Shown: one piece after another, positions 61,663 through 64,000 of the stretch
Layout: the number at the start of each line of letters is the position of its first letter
How positions within the stretch are numbered: the stretch's first letter is position 1
Assembly (NCBI GenBank): GCA_016196065.1
Contig: JACPYL010000018.1
Coordinates: 182,185-246,184, forward strand
DNA from: Acidobacteriota bacterium
GTDB lineage: Bacteria; Acidobacteriota; Terriglobia; Terriglobales; Acidobacteriaceae
Length of the DNA stretch: 64,000 nt
Direction: 5' to 3'
Made by a program: the position numbers and the translations under genes
The notes under the pieces: model-generated
The model's database searches: none
Told to the model about the DNA's origin: nothing
Seen by the model: only the letters and a program-made list of their open reading frames with translations

Positions 61663-63648
61663 CTACTTCCGAACGCCCGCAGGTATGGCGGGTTGCGCGC
61701 GCAGTGGCGCGTCAATCGCTTCGATCGAAATCAGGCCTGTCGACTCAGCCGGGAGCAGGTTATAGGACTCCATGCTGATCGTTTGCACGGGACAACGCGC
61801 TGCGCACAGGCCGCACCGGATGCAACGCGTTTCATCTTTGATCATTACCGACCCAACGCCTTGGGCGAGCTCCTCGACCGCGATATCGGGCAGTTCGGCT
61901 TCATAGAGCGCGCTGTTAACCGACAGGTGTTCCAGTGTCTCTGCGCTGAACTCGAAGCGATCGAGCGTGACGAGTTCCAGGCAGTTTTCCGGACAGACGT
62001 CGACACACCCGCCGCAGAGAATGCAAATCGACCTATCGTCGGCATTACCCTCGAAAATCGTGTTGACCCAGCAGTGCAGGCACCGTTGCGCCTCGACCAT
62101 CGCCGATTGCTCGTCGTAACTTTCTTCTACTTCCGTCATCCCCGTCCGGCGGTCGAGCGGCAACATCGGGATCGGCTGCCGGATCAGGTCCATGAATTCT
62201 TGCGGCATGGTGTGGCGTTTCAGATCGGTCACTTCGATGACGGGCTCAGGATGTTTCGCGCCGCGCAGGAATTCGTCGATACCCATGGCGGCGCGCTTGC
62301 CGTCACCGACACTGTCGATAATCAGGCGAGGGCCGAATACGCAATCGCCGCCTGCGAATACTCCGGCAGAGGAGGTCATCAACGAATGCGGATTCACCGC
62401 GATCAGACCCCGCGGTGAAACTTCGACACCGTCTTCCGGATGCAGGAAATCGAGTTTGGTGGTCTGGCCGATCGCCATGATGACTGTGTCGCATTCGATT
62501 TCGGTTTCGCTGTTTTCGTAAAAGGCCGGGCTGAATCGATGATTTTCATCGAATACCGATTTCGTTTTCAGACACTCGAGCGCGACCACCTTACCCTCTT
62601 TGCCGATAAACCGCTTGGGACCAAATCCGGCGTGGAGGATTACGCCTTCCATCTCTGCTTCTTCAATTTCTTCGAGCGCAGCCGGCATTTCGTCGCGGCC
62701 TTCCAGGCAGACCACGTGCACTTCCTGAGCGCCCATGCGCAACGCGGAGAGGGAGATGTCCACCATTTCCTTGGTTGCGACGGCGTTGACGTTGTCATCG
62801 GAGGGCGCAAGTTCCTCGACGCCGGAGGCATGCTGACGCAAAACTTCGCGGGCCGCCGAGCGGGCGACGTCCATGGCGACATTTCCGCCGCCGATGACCA
62901 GCACATTGCGGCCGATGGTGAATTTGTAGCCGAGATTCACATTGAGCAGGAAATCCACGCCGCGGTGCACGCCATCGAGATCCACGCCAGGAATCGTCAG
63001 ATCGCGGCTGCGATGCGCACCAATTGCAATCAGGATGGCGTGGAATCCTTGCTGGCGCAGATCGGCGATCTGGAAATCGCGTCCTGCAGTTTGATTCAGC
63101 TTGAGAGTGATGTCACCGGTGGCGAGAATTTCGCGAACCTGTGCTTCGATTACATCGCGCGGCAGTCGATATTCGGGGATGCCGAGATAGAGCATGCCAC
63201 CGGCCACTGGCGCAGCTTCGAAGATCGTGACCGAATAACCCATGAGGGCAAGATCATGCGCGGCCGAGAGCCCGACCGGGCCGCCTCCGATAATTGCGAC
63301 CTTGAAGGGAAGCTTCTCCGAGACTCGCTCGGCATTGACGTCAATATGGTGTTTTGATTCCGGGCCGTAGCGCTCGGTCAGAAATCGTTTCAATGCGCGA
63401 ATAGAAATTGGCTTGTCGATCTGGCCGCGACGGCACGCCGTTTCGCACGGGTGAGCGCAGACTCGTCCGCAGATGCTGGCCAGCGGGTTCGGTCCGCGGG
63501 CGTATTTGTAAGCTTCTTCGAATTGACCTTCGGCAATCAGCCCGACATAGCGGCCCGCATTGGTGTGTGCGGGACACGCCATCATGCAGGGAAAATTGGT
63601 ATGCAACCAATCTTCGTCCACCCGCTTGTCGATGAAGCGCTTCAGCAT
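61663..63648 (-). CDS. GltD-like FAD/NAD(P)H oxidoreductase fused to a 2x[4Fe-4S] ferredoxin domain
   Basis: N-terminal Cys cluster is CMMACPAHTN...CGRVCAHPCETACRRG. Two dinucleotide folds are VAIIGGGPVGLSAA and VLVIGGGNVAMDVA. The C-terminus carries CILCGGCVDVCP and CIRCGLCAARCP. Confidence 0.85.
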   Translation of the reverse strand: MLKRFIDKRVDEDWLHTNFPCMMACPAHTNAGRYVGLIAEGQFEEAYKYARGPNPLASICGRVCAHPCETACRRGQIDKPISIRALKRFLTERYGPESKHHIDVNAERVSEKLPFKVAIIGGGPVGLSAAHDLALMGYSVTIFEAAPVAGGMLYLGIPEYRLPRDVIEAQVREILATGDITLKLNQTAGRDFQIADLRQQGFHAILIAIGAHRSRDLTIPGVDLDGVHRGVDFLLNVNLGYKFTIGRNVLVIGGGNVAMDVARSAAREVLRQHASGVEELAPSDDNVNAVATKEMVDISLSALRMGAQEVHVVCLEGRDEMPAALEEIEEAEMEGVILHAGFGPKRFIGKEGKVVALECLKTKSVFDENHRFSPAFYENSETEIECDTVIMAIGQTTKLDFLHPEDGVEVSPRGLIAVNPHSLMTSSAGVFAGGDCVFGPRLIIDSVGDGKRAAMGIDEFLRGAKHPEPVIEVTDLKRHTMPQEFMDLIRQPIPMLPLDRRTGMTEVEESYDEQSAMVEAQRCLHCWVNTIFEGNADDRSICILCGGCVDVCPENCLELVTLDRFEFSAETLEHLSVNSALYEAELPDIAVEELAQGVGSVMIKDETRCIRCGLCAARCPVQTISMESYNLLPAESTGLISIEAIDAPLRAQPAIPAGVRK

Positions 63649-63693
63649 GAACTTGTGCTCGGCGTTGTCGGAGTCGGTGTAGAAAAAGAGTAA

Positions 63694-63720
63694 GGAGAGC
63701 TGACGTCTGGTCAGCTCTCC
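63694..63720 (-). terminator. intrinsic terminator/attenuator between cupredoxin-like gene and the oxidoreductase gene
   Basis: Perfect 11-bp stem: GGAGAGCTGAC (63694-63704) pairs with GTCAGCTCTCC (63710-63720) across a 5-nt loop. On the minus-strand transcript it is followed by UUACUCUUUUUCU. Confidence 0.55.
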
Positions 63721-63730
63721 TCGCGAGTCT

Positions 63731-64000
63731 TTACTTGGTTAGGGTGAAATCGGCTTTGGCGTCGCCAGCGACCGCAGTGGCTTTCGTCTGGCTCTTGGCG
63801 CCTTCATGCCATGCGACGACGTTGTACTGGCCGTCGGGAACGTTTTCGATTTTGTAATTGCCGCTCTTGTCAGTGATCGCGTAGTAAGGAGTGGGGCTTA
63901 CCACCACATATCCCGACATCTCCGGGTGGACGTTGCACAACAGCGCCGCTGCGCCTGCCTGGTCGAACTTGAACGGACGCTTTTCACCCTGCGGCCATGT
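63731..64000 (-). CDS. cupredoxin-like + carboxypeptidase-regulatory-like domain protein, 5'-truncated by window edge
   Basis: The frame stays open to base 64000 (TWPQGEKRPFKFDQAGAAALLCNVHPEMSGYVVV...). C-x2-H-x2-M resembles a type-1 copper loop. The tail TDKSGNYKIENVPDGQYNVVAWHEG resembles CarboxypepD_reg-like strands. Confidence 0.5.
   Translation of the reverse strand, partial: TWPQGEKRPFKFDQAGAAALLCNVHPEMSGYVVVSPTPYYAITDKSGNYKIENVPDGQYNVVAWHEGAKSQTKATAVAGDAKADFTLTK

Noticed and set aside
61617-61715. Upstream extension of the Rieske ORF overlapping the oxidoreductase gene by 53 nt
   Set aside because: The internal ATG at 61616 yields a normal Tat leader (SSIDRREFF) a conventional distance from the N-terminus and removes the overlap.
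62440-63357. 305-aa plus-strand ORF
   Set aside because: It is antisense to the GltD-like oxidoreductase, whose Rossmann and Fe-S motifs lie on the minus strand.
61663-63648. GltD-like protein as the missing PreT subunit of dihydropyrimidine dehydrogenase
   Set aside because: No PreA/DHODH-like FMN partner is adjacent. It lies 30 kb from the pyrimidine cluster and is tightly linked to the Rieske/cyt b genes. It is kept as an alternative only.
1-64000. Mobile element, prophage, toxin-antitoxin or defence-system signatures
   Set aside because: I recognised no integrase, transposase, recombinase, terminal inverted repeats flanking genes, restriction/helicase/nuclease cassettes or cas genes. 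The NADAR protein has a signal peptide and no DarT-like neighbour, so a DarT/NADAR toxin-antitoxin reading is unlikely.

Overview
GC-rich, densely coding chromosomal segment. GC is roughly high-50s % by eye and was not computed. The gene content suggests a soil Acidobacteriota (Terriglobia-like) genome: many TPR proteins, an FG-GAP/UnbV giant protein, a CadC-like wHTH-TPR regulator, and MacB/FtsX-type efflux. That is inference only, since no search was possible. I saw no rRNA, tRNA, CRISPR array, transposase or integrase.

Layout:
(i) 1-24.3 kb: an unusual riboside island. It holds seven IUNH-fold nucleoside-hydrolase paralogues (at least five with export leaders, in two active-site motif classes), two PfkB ribokinases, an exported NADAR N-glycosidase-like protein, a ferritin-like di-iron protein, a DMT sugar permease, a human-DERA-like DeoC, a two-domain aldehyde dehydrogenase and a TrpF-like isomerase.
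(ii) 24.4-33.2 kb: pyrimidine-base (or hydantoin) catabolism. Genes are beta-ureidopropionase-like amidohydrolase, NCS1 permease, dihydropyrimidinase, methylmalonate/malonate-semialdehyde dehydrogenase and PyrR. No recognisable dihydropyrimidine dehydrogenase is present.
(iii) 33.5-40.6 kb: exported RidA, lactonase and amidohydrolase, a GH2 beta-mannosidase, and a LacI regulator.
(iv) 40.7-45.3 kb: two secreted proteins of unknown function, divergent from a wHTH-TPR regulator.
(v) 45.3-55.2 kb, minus strand: three tandem HlyD adaptors, an FtsX permease and TolC with no ATPase, followed by an aminotransferase / ProC-like / SDR trio.
(vi) 55.5-64.0 kb, minus strand: a split Rieske/cytochrome b complex with an octahaem cytochrome c, preceded by a GltD-like NAD(P)H oxidoreductase-ferredoxin fusion and a cupredoxin-like gene.

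The best candidate for something undescribed is the exported nucleoside-hydrolase / NADAR / ribokinase island. The second is the NAD(P)-oxidoreductase-linked bc complex.

All functional calls come from motif recognition by eye, not database searches.
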